From the NCBI RefSeq assembly GCF_009914755.1, contig NC_060925.1: a DNA stretch of 64,000 bases, one strand, 5' to 3'. Position numbers and translations under genes: made by a program. Every line of letters starts with the position of its first letter. Position 1 is the stretch's first letter. Source of the stretch: the human T2T-CHM13v2.0 reference genome, Homo sapiens. Positions 31,475 to 49,208 of this stretch are shown here, piece by piece. The notes under the pieces are model-generated. The model was not told where the DNA came from and made no database searches. It saw only the letters and a list, made by a program, of their open reading frames with translations.

Positions 31475-32779
31475 CTAAGACCGGAAAAAAAAAAGCCAGC
31501 AATGAGGAAGCACAGTGGGGATGCAGAGCAGTGGGAAGAAGTGAGGCTGGAAAGCAGGGGTGTTCCAAGGGGTGCCATTAGCTCCCAAGCTACACATAAA
31601 CATAAATGCTTAGTAAAGGTAGACTGTTTTTGCTGTTTAAACATAGCCTTCAGAGAAGTCTCCTGGCCTCACTTTCTAGATTACTATCCCTAATAGAACT
31701 CTAGAAACAGTTCTGCCAGAGAGATGGGCAAAACTAGAGGCTGTCAAGGCTCTGAGTATTTCAGTTTTTATTCTTACAGCAATGAGCAGCCATTAAAATG
31801 TTTTAAGCAGTGATATGAAGTAATCGGGTTTTTACTTTAATATCATGTAAGCTGCCCTGTAGAGAATACATTTCAGGAGCATAAGACCCATTAGCAGTGT
31901 TGCAAGCAGTAGATGATAGTGATGTAGACAAGGTTGGTGGCTGTGGAGCCAGAGAGAAGTGGACGGGTTGAACATCTTCAGGAGGTAAAAGGATAACTGA
32001 TAATTAATAGGGCATCGAGGCTATGGGACATACATGATTCTTAAATATTTTCTGAAGTTCCTATAAAAAAACTTCTGTTTTATAAAATTATTCATTTATA
32101 TTTATATTCATTCAACAAACACCTTTTCCATGTCCAATATATCTAAAATCTGGTTCTATCATTCCACACTGCTATTAGTTGGCTAAACTTAAAAACAGCA
32201 GCGTCACTGACCCAGTTTGAGTTCAACATCAGATATATGGGTCCCCAAGGAATAATATCAAGGAGTTCCGTAACTTGGGACTGGAAGAAGGAGGAAATAC
32301 AAAAGCAATTTCTACCCACTTTACCAATTTGACTAGAAATTTGAACAGCAACCAGCAGTTGAATGGCCTGTACCAGATACTTTCTGCTACAGAAATATTC
32401 TAAAAATAAAATATGCCTTCTTAAAATAAAATTTTTAAAAAAGACTGGGTACTTTAACTTTCGTTTTATTAATACCCAGATCTAACCAAAATGAGTTATT
32501 CATGCTGAGGAATGATTGATGACTGATTTCATTCTGGAACCGTTTCCATTTTAGTGAGCAAGATTCAGCAACATTTTATTTGGTATAGACTGTCAAGCCA
32601 AAAATTAATTTTTAATAGGGAATATTAAAATAAATTTAACATCTGTCTATCAAAATGGAAATTAAAACTTCTAAGTATAAACCCAGCATAATAACTTGGT
32701 CTGGAATGAGCTCCTAAAAGAGACTGTCATCACCTTCCAATTGATCCCGTTACTTCCAAGTTGATTCCAAGGGCCTGGC

Positions 32780-33740
32780 TGGTCTCATCAAGGAATTAAG
32801 CTGTATGTGGACCCAGCTCCTGGCAGATCTGATATCTGACAGCAGCAGTAGCAAAATTAGCTTTAGTGAATGGGATCCCACATAATCCCTTCATATCCTT
32901 TGGCACTGTCAACATGCCTACTCCATTCATGAACCCATTGTGCTAGCACAGGAGTGGCTGATGACAGAGGCTGGATAATGTAACGGCTGAGTCATTCTGT
33001 CAAGTTGGAGGTTATTCATATGTTTCTTTTCCAGAATTTCTTATCCCTGATCTTTAAGTATTTCTCTTTCCAGCTTCTAAATATTCAGCGAAGCCATTCA
33101 CCATTACCCATGAACGTCAGTATATCCTTATTTTGAGGCACTTCTTCTACACAAAGAAAAGAACAGACTCCACAAACCTCTGTCCATTGTGAGGATATCT
33201 CCTTACTGCTGAATTTTAGGGCCATACCTCAGTGGGACTGCAATGCAGCAGCAGTCTTCTTTGGCTTGCACCCACACACTGAGCTTCTCTATCCATCAAC
33301 TAAGGGTGGCTTTTTTCCTCTTCCACCAGGTGTCATAAAGGAATCTCCACTCTTGTGGCTATACATACAAGCTAAGGATGAGAGCCCAGGCAGCGGTGTT
33401 CAGTGATATGTGAATCTGTGGCACTTGTTCATGCAGCTACTTTTGTCCTCTGGCCTACTCATGGCTGCTTCCAGATACAGCATTTCCATCTTAAATGAAT
33501 ACTGGTGCTAGACCCACCAAATCTTATGACTTTGTGAATCTGACAAAACTCAACTTATGATAAGCAGCTCTGGACACATGGTTACTTGTTGCCTCCCAGT
33601 CAGGCCCTCTGTCTCTACCAGTGTGCCTGGTAGCATGCCTGGAGTTGTTTTCTGAATTGTTTATAATTCTTCTTGGCTGATGGCATGAACTTTTTCTAGA
33701 ACCCTAGGGTTCTACATGATGATTCTCCTAGCTTTAGTGG
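32780..33740 (-). mobile_element. ERVL-class internal pol remnant (RT connection, RNase H, integrase zinc finger)
   Basis: Minus-strand translation gives broken matches to ERVL Pol: F.KQLQACY..LVETE.LT..QVTM.PEL, RNase H SSQW.E, and RMTQP...QPLSSATPVLAQWVHEWSRH...IPFTKAN.ATAA. Many stops and frameshifts. Confidence 0.8.
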
Positions 33741-35334
33741 AACAACCCACCAAAATAGGATTTTAAGGATATAATAATATTAAGGATATTTTATAGATAC
33801 GTCTTTCAATCCAAAAAATGCACATAGGTGGTAAGCTTTTTTACTGGATAGGTAAATCACAGACCTCATATTTTATACTTTCACAGGAGCTGGCCACTTT
33901 AGCATTAGTATTTCAATGCATGGATAGTATAATAAACATTGCATTCGAACTTTTTCACACTTTTTAAAGCTTATTTTACATAAGTGTCTAATATTATTTT
34001 CTTTTTTCTTTTCTAATCCCCCTTCTCTGATTCTATTACCCCTCACTACCACTACAACTATCACCATTATACATATATGTCAAATGGGATCTGAATGCAT
34101 AGTTCAATCCTGAATTTATGCTTCTGCAGTGAGAAATTGGTTTGCCATTTTGTATTTAACATAGCAAGTGTCATGACAATTGAATGTTATTGGTTAGGTG
34201 ATGTTCCTTTCTTTCCATATACCTAAAGTATGATGGTTGCTATAACAACAGAACAAGGAGTAGAAAGCATGGCTTTTAAACAGATTTCTGACACAAAAGG
34301 GACTTTCAGGACAAACCTTCAGAAAAGAGCTCATAGATTTAACTACTTAAATTATTGGGTATTTGTAGGAATATAGGCTATGACTCTATTCCAGAAATGT
34401 GCAGGCAGTAATCAGTCTGTCACTAAGGGTTGAACACTCATAGCTCTATTCTAGCCTTGTAATGTCAGAGATATTTTGTACAGTTTGATGGAATTTCAGT
34501 GATTCAGTATAGATGGATCTCCGTTCATGTATGGGAGTGAGAATTTCCCTAAGTGCTCTTTGGAGGCTTCTAATAGGATGAAATGAGAAGAGGGATTTTA
34601 TTGCTAAATAGGCTTCAAAAAGAGATGATTCTTCTAGTATGGTAGAAATACAGAAGAGTTTATATTTACAGCATCAAAGAAGTTTCTTGTTCTGTGATGA
34701 CTCTGAAACTGTGTTCTGTGCTGATTTTCCCATTCATAGTTTAGAACATGAAAATATATGTAGTATTTATGTATTTGAAGAAAACACAATTTATTCAAGG
34801 GAATAAGTAGACATTTGGCACTAAAATATAAACATGATCACTCATTTGTAAAGCAGACCACTTGATTTCTGGAGATTACTTTATGTCCTTTTCATGCAAC
34901 TTAGAGATCACAGCCATTACTTTTTTTCTCTTCAATTACTGACAATAGAGGTGGATTTGCTAAATCTTTAAAGTTATTTATTTTATTACTTCTCAGCTGC
35001 TCATGACTGGCAATAGAAGATCAATCGTGCAGTCCAGTAGTGGATAAGAGATATTTATATAACTTATAAATAACAAGATAAGAAAAATTTTTTAAAATTT
35101 GTATCATATTCTGAGATAAAATGGATATAGTATCATCTAATACATAGCTGGGCACATAACAAATGCTCAATAGCTTTCAGTAAATTGATTGATAAAGTAA
35201 TTTATTAAATAATTAACATTTCAAAATTTTTCAGCTTCAACTTTTTTTGTAGAACTTTGAGTAATGGAAAAAGCAGAATTTACTTCTTTAGAATCTCCAA
35301 ATGCCTGTTCAGGAAGGGAATGCTATACATTTAG

Positions 35335-36010
35335 ATAACAATGGAGTTTTAAGCAGGGGAATGGCATAATCAGATATATATTTGTAAAGAGAAGGCAGAC
35401 AATTATTGGTGTTGGAAGAAGGGAAGGCCAGAGGCAAAGCAACCAGATAAGAGCCTAGTCAAGATGAAAGAAGCTCTAAACTAAAGGGTGGCAGTAATAC
35501 TGCAGAAGAGCAAAAGGACATGGAGAAAATAAGGGGTAGAGGATGGGTAGAAAGACAAAGTGTTCATGGAAACTGCCAGAAAATGAAATCAGCAATGAGT
35601 CCCAGATATCTAGCTTAGGCACAAATGTGGAGAAAGGTATCATTGATCAAGGTGGAGAAAACAAAGCAAGATGTTTTAGGAAATACAATATGAGGCATTT
35701 TCGATATATTAAAATAGAAAATCCAAAAAATAGCTGAAGAATGCAGGTCTAGTGCTCAGAAGGTATCAAAACCAGGAATATGGTAAATAAAGGAGCAGTG
35801 GAATAAAGGTATGTGGAGTTGTAAGAGATAAGGCCCAAGAATAGGGAAGACTAACATTTTAAAGACATATAGAAGATGAAGAGTTTATTTAAAAAAAAAA
35901 AAAAAGGACTGAAAATGTGTGAAGAGAGAGTTAAGAGCAAAATCAGAAGAAGATGGTGCTGTGGAAGCTGAAGCAAGAGAGAATATCAGAAGGACATAGT
36001 CCATGGTGTC
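35335..36010 (-). mobile_element. L2 fragment (continues at 40777-41000 after the L1PB1)
   Basis: ggagttttaagcaggggaatggcataatcaga...; resumes with gtcaaatg...tttggattggcaac...gtttgaggagtgaaagggaggtaagg. Confidence 0.6.
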
Positions 36011-39000
36011 CTTGCTAGAGACCTAGACACCCAAATACAAGAACCATGAAGAACACCTGGGAAATTCATTGCAAAAAAATCATTGCCTAGGCACATTGTC
36101 ATCAGGTTTTCTAAAGTTAAGATGAAGCAAAGAATCTTAAGAGCTGTGAGACAAATGCACCGGTAACCTATAAAGGAAAACCTATCAGATTAAGAGCAGA
36201 TTTCTCAGCAGAAACCCCACAAACTAAAAGGGATTGGGGCCGTATCTTCAGCCTCCTTAAACAAAGCAATTATCAGCCAAGAATTCTGTATCCAGTGAAA
36301 CTAAGCTTCATATATGAAGGAAAGATACAGTCTTTTTCAGACAAATGCTGACAGAATTCGCCACTACAAAGCTACCACCACAAGAACTGCTAAAAGAAGC
36401 ACTAAATTTTGAAACAAATCCTGGAAACACATCAAAACAGAAACTCTTTAAAGCATAAATCTTACAGGACCCATAAAACAAAAATACAATTTAAAAAGCA
36501 AAACAAAAAGCCAAGGTATACAGGCAACAAATAGCACAATGAATGGAATAGTGCCTCATATCTCAATACTAACAATGAATGTAAACGGCCTAAATGTTCC
36601 AATTAAAAGATACAGAATTGCAGAATGGATAAGAATTCACCAAGCAACTATCCGCTGCCTTCAAGAGACTCACCTAACACATAAGGACTCACATAAACTT
36701 AAGGTAAAGGGGTGGAAAAGACATTTTGTGCAAATGGACACCAAAAGTGAGTAGGGGTAGCTATTCTTATAACAGACAAAACAAACCTTAAAACAGTTAA
36801 ATATATAGCAGTGATAAAAGACAAAGAGGGGCATTATGTAATGATAAAAGGCCTTGTCCAACAGGAAAATATCACAGTCCTAAACATATATGCACCTAAC
36901 ACTGAATCTTCCAAATTTATGAAACAATTACTACTAGACTAAGAAATGAGACAGACAGCAGAACAATAAGAGTAGTGGACTTCAGTACTGCACTGACAGC
37001 TCTGGACAGGTCATCAAGACAGAAAGCCAACAAAGAAACAATAAATTTAAACTATACCCTGGAACAAATGGACTTAATAGATATATACAGAAAATTCCAT
37101 CCCACAACCTCAGAATATACAGTCTATCCAACAGTGCCTGGAACTTTCTCCAAGATAGACTATATGATAGGCCACACAATGACCCTCAATACATTTAAGA
37201 AAATTGAAATTAGAAAGCACTCTTTCAGAGCACAGTGGAATAAAACTGGAAATCAACTCCAAAAGGAACCTTCAAAATCATGCAAATACATAGAAATTAA
37301 ACAGCCTGCCCCTGAATGATCATTGGGTTAAAAATAAAATCAAGATGGAAATTAAAAAATTGTTTGAACTGAATGACAATAGTGACACAACCTATCAAAA
37401 CCTCTGGGATACAGCAAAAGTGGTGCTAAAGTTCATAGCCCTAAATGCCTACGTCAAACAGTCTGAAAGAGCACAAAGAGACAATCTAAGGTCGTACCTC
37501 AAGGAACTAGAGAAACAGGAACAAACCAAACCCAAACACAGCTGAAGAAAGGAAATAACCAAGATCAGAGCAGAACTAAATGAAAGTGAAACAAACAAAC
37601 AAACAAAAAATACAAAAGATAAATGAAACAAAAATTTGGTTCTTTGAAAAGATAAACAAAATTGGTAGACCATTAGCAAGATTAACCAAGAAAAGAAGAG
37701 AGAAAATCCGAATAAGCTCAATAAGAAGTGAAGTGGAAGATATTCCAATTGACACCACAGAAATACAAAAGATCATTCGAGGCTACTATGAACAACTTTG
37801 TGCACATAAACTAGAAAGCCTAGAAGAGATGGATAAATTCCTGGAAAGACACAACCCTCCTAGCTGAAATCAGGAAGAATTAGATACTCTGAACAGGCCA
37901 ATAACAAGCAGCAAGATTGAAATGGTAATTTAAAAATTACCAACAAAAAAAAGTCCAGGACCAGATGGATTCACAGCAGAATTCTACCAGTGAATCAGTG
38001 CCAATCCTATTGACACTATTCCACAAGAGAGAGAAAGAGGGAACCCTCCCTAAATCATTCTATGAAGCCAGTGTCACCATAATACCAAAACCAGGAAAGG
38101 ACATAACCAAAAAAGAAAACTACAGACCAATATCCATGATGAACACAGATGCTAAAATCCTTAACAAAGTATTAGCTAACCAAATTCAGCAATATATCAA
38201 AAAGAAAATCCACCATGATCAAGTGGGTTTCATACCAGGGATACAGGTATGGCTTAACATACGCAAGTCAATAAATGTGATACACCACACAAACAGAATT
38301 AAAAACAAAAGTGACATGATCATCTCAATAGATGCAGAAAAAGCATTCGACAAAATCCAGCAATGCTTTATGATTAAAACTCTCTGCAAAATCGGCTTAC
38401 AAAGGACATACCTCAATGTAATAAAAGCCATCTATGACAAACCCACAGCCAACATAATACTGATTAGGGAAAAGCTGAAGGTATTCCCTCTGAGAATTGG
38501 AACAAGACAGGGATACCCACTCTCACCACTCCTCTTCAACACAGTACTGAAGTCCTAGCCAGAGCAATCAGACAACAGAAAGAAAGAAACGGCATCCAAA
38601 TCAGTAAAGAGGAAGTCAAACTGTAACTGTTTGCTGAAGATATGATTGTTTACCTTGAAAACCCTAAGACTCCTCCAGAAAGCTACTAGAACTGACAAAA
38701 GAATTCAGCAAAGTTTCCAGATACAAAATTAACGTACACAAATTTGTAGCTGTTCTATACACCAACAGTGACCAAGCGGAAAATCAAATCAAGAACTCAA
38801 CCCCTTTTACAATAGCTGCAAAAATAAATAAATAAATAAGTAAATACTTAGGAATATACCTAATCAAGGAGGTGAAAGATCTCTACAAGGAAAACTACAA
38901 AACACTGCTGAAAGAAATCACAGATGACACAAACAAAGGGAAACACATCTCATGTTCATGAATGGGTAGAATCAGTATTGTGAAAATGACCATATTGCCA

Positions 39001-40753
39001 AAAGCACTATACAAATTCAATGCAATTCCCATCAAAATACCACCATCATCCTTCACAGAATTAGAATAAAAACAATTTTAAAATTCATATGGAACCAAAA
39101 CAAAGCCTGCATAGCCAAAGCAAGACTAAGAAAAAAGAACAAATCTGGAGGCAGCACATTACCTGATTTCAAACTATGCTATTAGGTCATAGTCACCAAA
39201 ACTGCATGGTATTGGTATAAAAATAGACACATAGACCAATGGAACAGAATAGAGAACCCAGAAATAAACCCAAGTACTTACAGCCAACTGATCTTTGACA
39301 AAGCAAACATAAAGTGAGGAAAAGACACCCTTTTCAACAAATGGTGCTGGGATAATTGGCTAGCCACACATAGAAGAATGAAACTGGATCCTCATCTCTC
39401 ACCTTATACAAAAATCAAGGACTTAAATCTAAGATCTGAAACTCTACAAATTCTAGAAGATAACATTGGAAAAACCCTTCTAGACATTGGCTTAGGCAAG
39501 GATTTCATGACCAATAACCCAAAAGCAAATGCAATAGAAACAAAGATAGATAGTTGGGACTTAATTAAACTAAAGAGTTTTTGCATGGCAAAAGGAACAG
39601 TCAGCAGAGTAAACAGACAACCCACAGAGTGGGAGAAAATCTTCACAATCTATACATCTGACAAAGGACTAATATCCAGAATCTACAAGGAACTCAAACA
39701 AATCAGCAAGAAAAAAACAAACAATCCCACCAAAAAGGGATAAGGACATAAATAGACAATTCTCAAAAGAAGATATACAAATGGCCAAAAAACACATGAA
39801 AAAATGCTCAACATCACTAATGATCATGGAAATGCAAATCAAAACCACAGTGTGATAACCTTACTCCTGCAAGAATTGCCATAATCAAAAAATAGTACAT
39901 GTTGGCATGGATATAGTTAGCAGGGAACACTTCCACACTGCTGATTGGATTGTAAACTGATACAACTACTATGAAAAACAATGTGGAGATTCCTTAAAGA
40001 ACTAAAAGTAGAACTACCATTTGATCGAGCAATCTCAGTACTGGTTATCTACACAGAGGAAAAATCTCAGTACTGGTTATCTATCCACAGGAAAAGAAGT
40101 CATTATATGAAAAAGATACTTGCACACTCATGTTTATAGCAGCACAATTTGCAATTGCAAAAAGGTGGAACCAACCCAAATGCCTATCAATCAATGAGTG
40201 GATAAAGAAACTGTGAGATATATATATATCTCACATATATATATATCACATATACATACACACACATATATATCACATGTACATATATGTATATATACAT
40301 ATATATCACATGTACATATATGTGTATATATATACACACATATATGTATATATGATGGAATACTACTCAGCCATAAAAAATGAATTAATGGCATTCACAG
40401 CCTCCTGGATGAAATTGGAGACTATTATTCTTAGTGAAGTAACTCAGGAATGGAAAACCAAACATCATATAGTCTCACTCATAAGTAGGAACTAAGCTAT
40501 GAGAATACAAAGGCATAAGAATGACACAATGGACTTTGGGAACTCAGGGGGGAAGGGTGGGAAGGGGGTGAAGGATAAAAGACTACAAATAGGGTGCAGT
40601 GTGTACTGCTCGGGTGAAGGGTGCACCAAAATCTCACAAATCACCACTAAAGAACGTACTCATGTAACCAAACACTACCTTTCCCCAATAATCTATGGAA
40701 ATAAAAATAAAATAAAATAAATAATTAAATACATAAATAAAAATTTTTTAAAA
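36011..40753 (+). mobile_element. 5'-truncated L1PB1 (ORF1 3' part, disrupted ORF2 from 36539, 3'UTR)
   Basis: EN start MNGIVPHISILTMNVNGLN, RT fragments, L1PB1-type 3'UTR (ggataaaagactacaaa...caccaaaatctcacaaatcaccactaaag). TSD 35988-36010 / 40754-40776. Confidence 0.95.
40217..40352. repeat. Complex (TA)/(CA)/(TG) low-complexity expansion within L1PB1
   Basis: Read directly; contains repeated atatatatcacatgtacatatatgt units. Confidence 0.9.
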
Positions 40754-41059
40754 AGGAGGACATAGTCCATAGTGTCAAATGATGATAATAACTTACATAG
40801 GAAAAAAAGACTGAAAAACATCGTTTGGATTGGCAACTAAGTGTTCACTAGTAATCTTGATTCAAGCATATTCAGGTGGAGGGCTGAGGACAGAAATCAA
40901 ATGGCATTTGGTTTGAGGAGTGAAAGGGAGGTAAGGAAATTATGTGCTACTTTTTTAAGAAGTCTGATGTGAAAAGAAGCAAGACATAGAATAATGTCTA
41001 CAGCAGGGTTTGGCAAATATTTTTTGTGGAGGTAAAACAGTAATTTTCAACAATTCATT

Positions 41060-42789
41060 GTTATTATAGAAATACAATCGCTTTTTGTATTTCTCTTGTA
41101 ATCTTGCTAAATTCACTTATTAGCTTTAGTAGCTTTTTGGAAAGCCCTTAGAATTTTCTAGATAGGTGATCATATTATCTGAGAATAGTTTTACTTCTTT
41201 CCTACTAATATATATGGTTTTTATCCCTGTTTGTCCTTATTGTATTGGCTAAGACATGCAGTGCAATGTTAAATAAAAGTGGTGAGGGCAAACATCCTTG
41301 CCTTTTTCCTGAACTTAGAGGGAAAGCAATTTCCTTTCACTATTAAGTATAACGTTAGCTGTAGCTTTTGCCTAGATAAATATTTTCAGGTGAAGAAAGT
41401 TTCCCTTTATTCCTAGTTGAATACAAATTTTTAAAAAATTACAGTGGGTGTCACATGCATTTTATTCATCTATTGAGATGATGTTTTTATGTGCTATTAT
41501 GAAAAATTGCATTGATTTATTTAAATACAAATACAACTTTGCATTCTCAGGATATATCCCACTTGGTCACACAGTATTATCTTTTAAATATATTGCTGAT
41601 TTTCATTTGGCAACATATTCTTAAGGACTTTTGCATCTATTTTCATGTATAGGTATTTTCCCAAAGTTTTCTCTTCTTGTAATATTTGTCTGGCTTTAGA
41701 ATCAGGATACTGCTAGCCTCATAAAATAAGTTGAAAAATGCTTCTTCTCTTCTATTTTCTGGAACAGTTTACATAGAATTAGTATTATCTCTTGCCTAAA
41801 GTTTTGGTAGAATTCACCTATGATGCCATCTGAGACTAAAGTTTTATTTTGTTGGGAGGCTTTAAACTACAAATTGAATTTCTTTAGCAGAATATAGGTA
41901 TATCCAGGTTATCTATTTATATTTGAATGAGCTTGGGAAGTTTTGTTCATTTATTTTACTTATGTTGTTGGATTTTATGGCATAAATTTGTTCATAATAT
42001 TCCCTTATTTACCATTAATATCTGTAGGATCTGTTGTAATCTTTGTCCATTGTATCAGTAATTGTGTTGTCAGGAGTCTGACTAGGGAAGTTTCTCAATA
42101 ACAATCAATACTAATGACATTAGGGTGGGGAGGCAACTAGGGTACTAGTGACATTCTTGGTTGTGGGAGACTGCCCCGTGCATTGTAGGATGTTTGGCAG
42201 CTTTCCTGACCTCTACATTCCAGTACCACCTCCCAACTGTGGCAACAAAAATGTCTCTAGACATCATTAAGTGTCCTCTGGGAGGCAAAATTACCTCTGG
42301 TTAAGAACGACTGACCTAGAAAGTTAACAATTCTATTGTTCTTTACAAAGGTCTAGCTTTGGGTTTCATTGCTTTTCCCTATTGTTACTCTGTTTTTTAT
42401 TTCAGTGATTTCTGCTCTTACCTTTATGGATTCTTTTTTTCTTTATTTGAATTTAATGTACTTTTTTTGTAGGAGCAAAAAAGGTGGAAACTTTGATCAT
42501 TGATTTTTAAATCTTCTTTTCTAATATAAGCATTTAATGATATAAAATTTCTGCTACAAGCACTGATTTAGAAGAATTCTCTAGATTTTGTTTTTGTTTT
42601 CATTCACTTGAAAATATTTTCTAAATTCCCTTATGATTTCTTCTTTGATCCATGAGTTATTTAAAGTACATGTAAAGTATATGGTTTAATAGCTAAATAT
42701 TTAGGATACTTTTTAGATATATTATTAATTTATGGTTTAATTCTGTTGTGGTCAGAATATACTCTCGTTATTTAAATCCTCTTAAGCTC
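41060..42789 (-). mobile_element. Old L1M ORF2 remnant (continues 49108-50360)
   Basis: Antisense ORF2 motifs (aaaagtggtgagggcaaacatccttgcc; ttttgcatctattttcatg; tgctagcctcataaaataagttg). Confidence 0.8.
42087..42313 (+). mobile_element. MER20 (hAT-Charlie)
   Basis: gactgccccgtgcattgtaggatgtttggcagc...aaaaatgtctctagacat...gggaggcaaaattacctctggttaagaacgactg. Strand uncertain. Confidence 0.8.
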
Positions 42790-42816
42790 AAGACTTATTT
42801 ATTGGGAAGACACTTC

Positions 42817-42826
42817 CAAGATGGCC
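42817..42826 (+). promoter_or_regulatory. L1 5'UTR YY1 site
   Basis: CAAGATGGCC at about +13 of the element, the canonical L1 YY1 position. Confidence 0.7.
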
Positions 42827-43825
42827 AGATAGGAACATTTCCAATCTACAGCTCCCAGTGATATCAATGCAGAAGATGGGTGATTTCTGCATTTCCAACT
42901 GAGGTACCTGGTTCATCTCATTGGGACAAGTTCGACATTGGTTGCAGCCCACAGAGGGTGAGCCAAAGCAGGGCGGGGGCATCACCTCACCCAGGAAGTG
43001 CAAGGGGTCGGGAGATTTCCCTTTCCTAGCCAAGGGAAGCCAAGAGTGACTGTACTTGGAGGAGCAGTACACTCCTGCCAAATTACTGCTCTTTTCCCAC
43101 AGTCTTCACAACTGGCAGACCAGGAGATCCCCTCCTGTACCTGGCTCGGTGAGTCCCACACCCATGGAGACTTACCCACTGCTACAGCAGCAGTCAGAGA
43201 TCAACCTGCAAAGCGGGAGCTTGGCGGGGGAAGGGGTGTCTGCCATTGCTGAGGCTTGATAGGCAGTTTTATGCTCGCAGTGTAAACAAAGCTGCAGGGA
43301 AGCTTGAATTGGGTGGCGCCCCCTGCAGCTCAGCAAGGCCTACTGCCTCTCTAGATTCCACCTCTGGGGCAGGGCATATCTGAACAAAAGGCAGCAGACA
43401 GCTTCTGCAGACTTAAATGTCCCTGCCTGACAGCTCTGAAGAGAGCAGTGGTTCTCCAAGCACGGCATTCAAGCTCCAGTAATGGACAGACTGCCTCCTT
43501 AAGTGGGTCCCTGACCCCTGTGTAGCCTGACTGGGAGACATCTCCCAGTAGGGGCCAACAGACACCTCATACAGGCAGGTGCTCCTCTGGGCTGAAGCTT
43601 ACAGAGGAAGGATCAGGCAGCAATATTTGCTGTTCTGCAGCCTCCACTGGTGATACTCAGGCAAACAGGGTCTGGAGTGGATCTGCAGCTGAGGGGCCTG
43701 TCTGTTAGAAGAAAAAGTAACAAACAAAAAGGAATAGCATCAACATCAATAAAAAGGACATCCACACAAAATCCCCATCAGTAGGTCACCAACATCAAAG
43801 ACCAAAGGTAGATAAAACCACAAAG

Positions 43826-44857
43826 ATGGGGAGAAACCAGGGCAGAAAGGCTGAAAATTCCAAAAACCAGAACGCCTCTCCTCCTCCAAAGGAACACAAC
43901 TCCTTGCCAGCAGGGGAACAAAACTGGATAGAGAAAGAGTTTGAGGAGTTGACAGAAGTAGGCTTCAGAAGGTCAGTAATAACAAACTTCTTCGAGCTAA
44001 AGGACCATGTTCTAACCCATTGCAAGGAAGCTAAAAACCTTGAAAAAAGGTTAGATGAATGGCTAACTAGAAAAAGTAGTTTAGAGAAGAGCTTCAATGA
44101 CCTGATGAAGCTGAAAACCACAGTACAAGAACTTCGTGAAGCATACACAAGCTTCAATAACCAATTCGATCAAGTGGTAGAAAGGATATCAGTGATTGAA
44201 GATCAAATTAATGAAATAAAGTGAGAAGACAAGATCAGAGAAACAAGAGTGAAAAGAAACTAATAAAGCCTCCAAGAAATATGGGACTATGTGAAAAGAC
44301 CAAATCTATGTTTGATTGGTGTACCTGAAAGTGACAGGGAGAATGGAAGCAAGTTGGAAAACACACTTCAGGATATTATCCAGGAGAACTTCTCTAACCT
44401 AGCAAGGCAGGCCAACATTCAAATTCAGGAAATACAGAGAATACCACAAAGATACTCTTCAAGAAGAGCAACCCCAAGACACATAATCGTCAGATTCACC
44501 AAGGTTGAAATGAAGGAAAAAATGTTAAGGGCATCCAGAGAGAAAGGTCAGGTTACCCACAAAGGGAAGCCCGTCAGACTAACAGTGGATCTCTCTGCAG
44601 AAACCCTATAAGCCAGAAGAGAGTGGGGGCCAATATTCAACATTCTTAAAAAAAAGAATTTTCAACCCAGAATTTCATATCCAGCCAAACTAACTCCTTC
44701 CTTCATAAGTGAAGGAGAAATAAAATCCTTTACAGACAAGCAAATGCTGAGAGATTTTGTTACCACCAGGCCTGCCTTACAAGAGCTCCTGAAGGAAGCA
44801 CTAAACATGGATAGGAACAACCACTACCAGCCACTGCAAAAACATGCCAAATTGTAA
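43826..44857 (+). pseudogene. L1 ORF1p, disrupted
   Basis: Premature TGA at 44222-44224 and further stops/indels. Fragments 43826-44224 and 44291-44611 translate as ORF1p. Confidence 0.92.
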
Positions 44858-44920
44858 AGACCGTTGATGCTATGAAGAAACTGCATCAATTAATGGGCAA
44901 AATAACCAGCTAGCATCATA

Positions 44921-48849
<3,929 letters not shown>

Positions 48850-49208
48850 ACAATGAGAACACATGGACACAGGGTAGGGAACATCACACACTGGGGCCTG
48901 TTGGGGGTTGGGGGATAGAAGAGGGATAACATTAGGAGAAATACCTAATGTAGGTGACGGGTTGATGGGTGCAGCACACCACCATGGCACGTGTATACCT
49001 GTGTAACAAAACTGCACGCTCTGCACATGTAACCCAGAACTTAAAGTATAATAAAAAAGTAAAATAAATAAATAAATTATAGAGTTTAAAAAAAGACTTG
49101 TTTATTGCCTTGAATATAGTCTATCTTTGTTAAACGTCCCATATTAACTTGAGAAAATATACATGTATTCTGTTGTTTGGTGCAGCATTCAAAAAATATG
49201 TATTATTA

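Noticed and set aside
34236-34249. RFX X-box-like GTTGCTATAACAAC
   Set aside because: Single imperfect motif with no supporting context.
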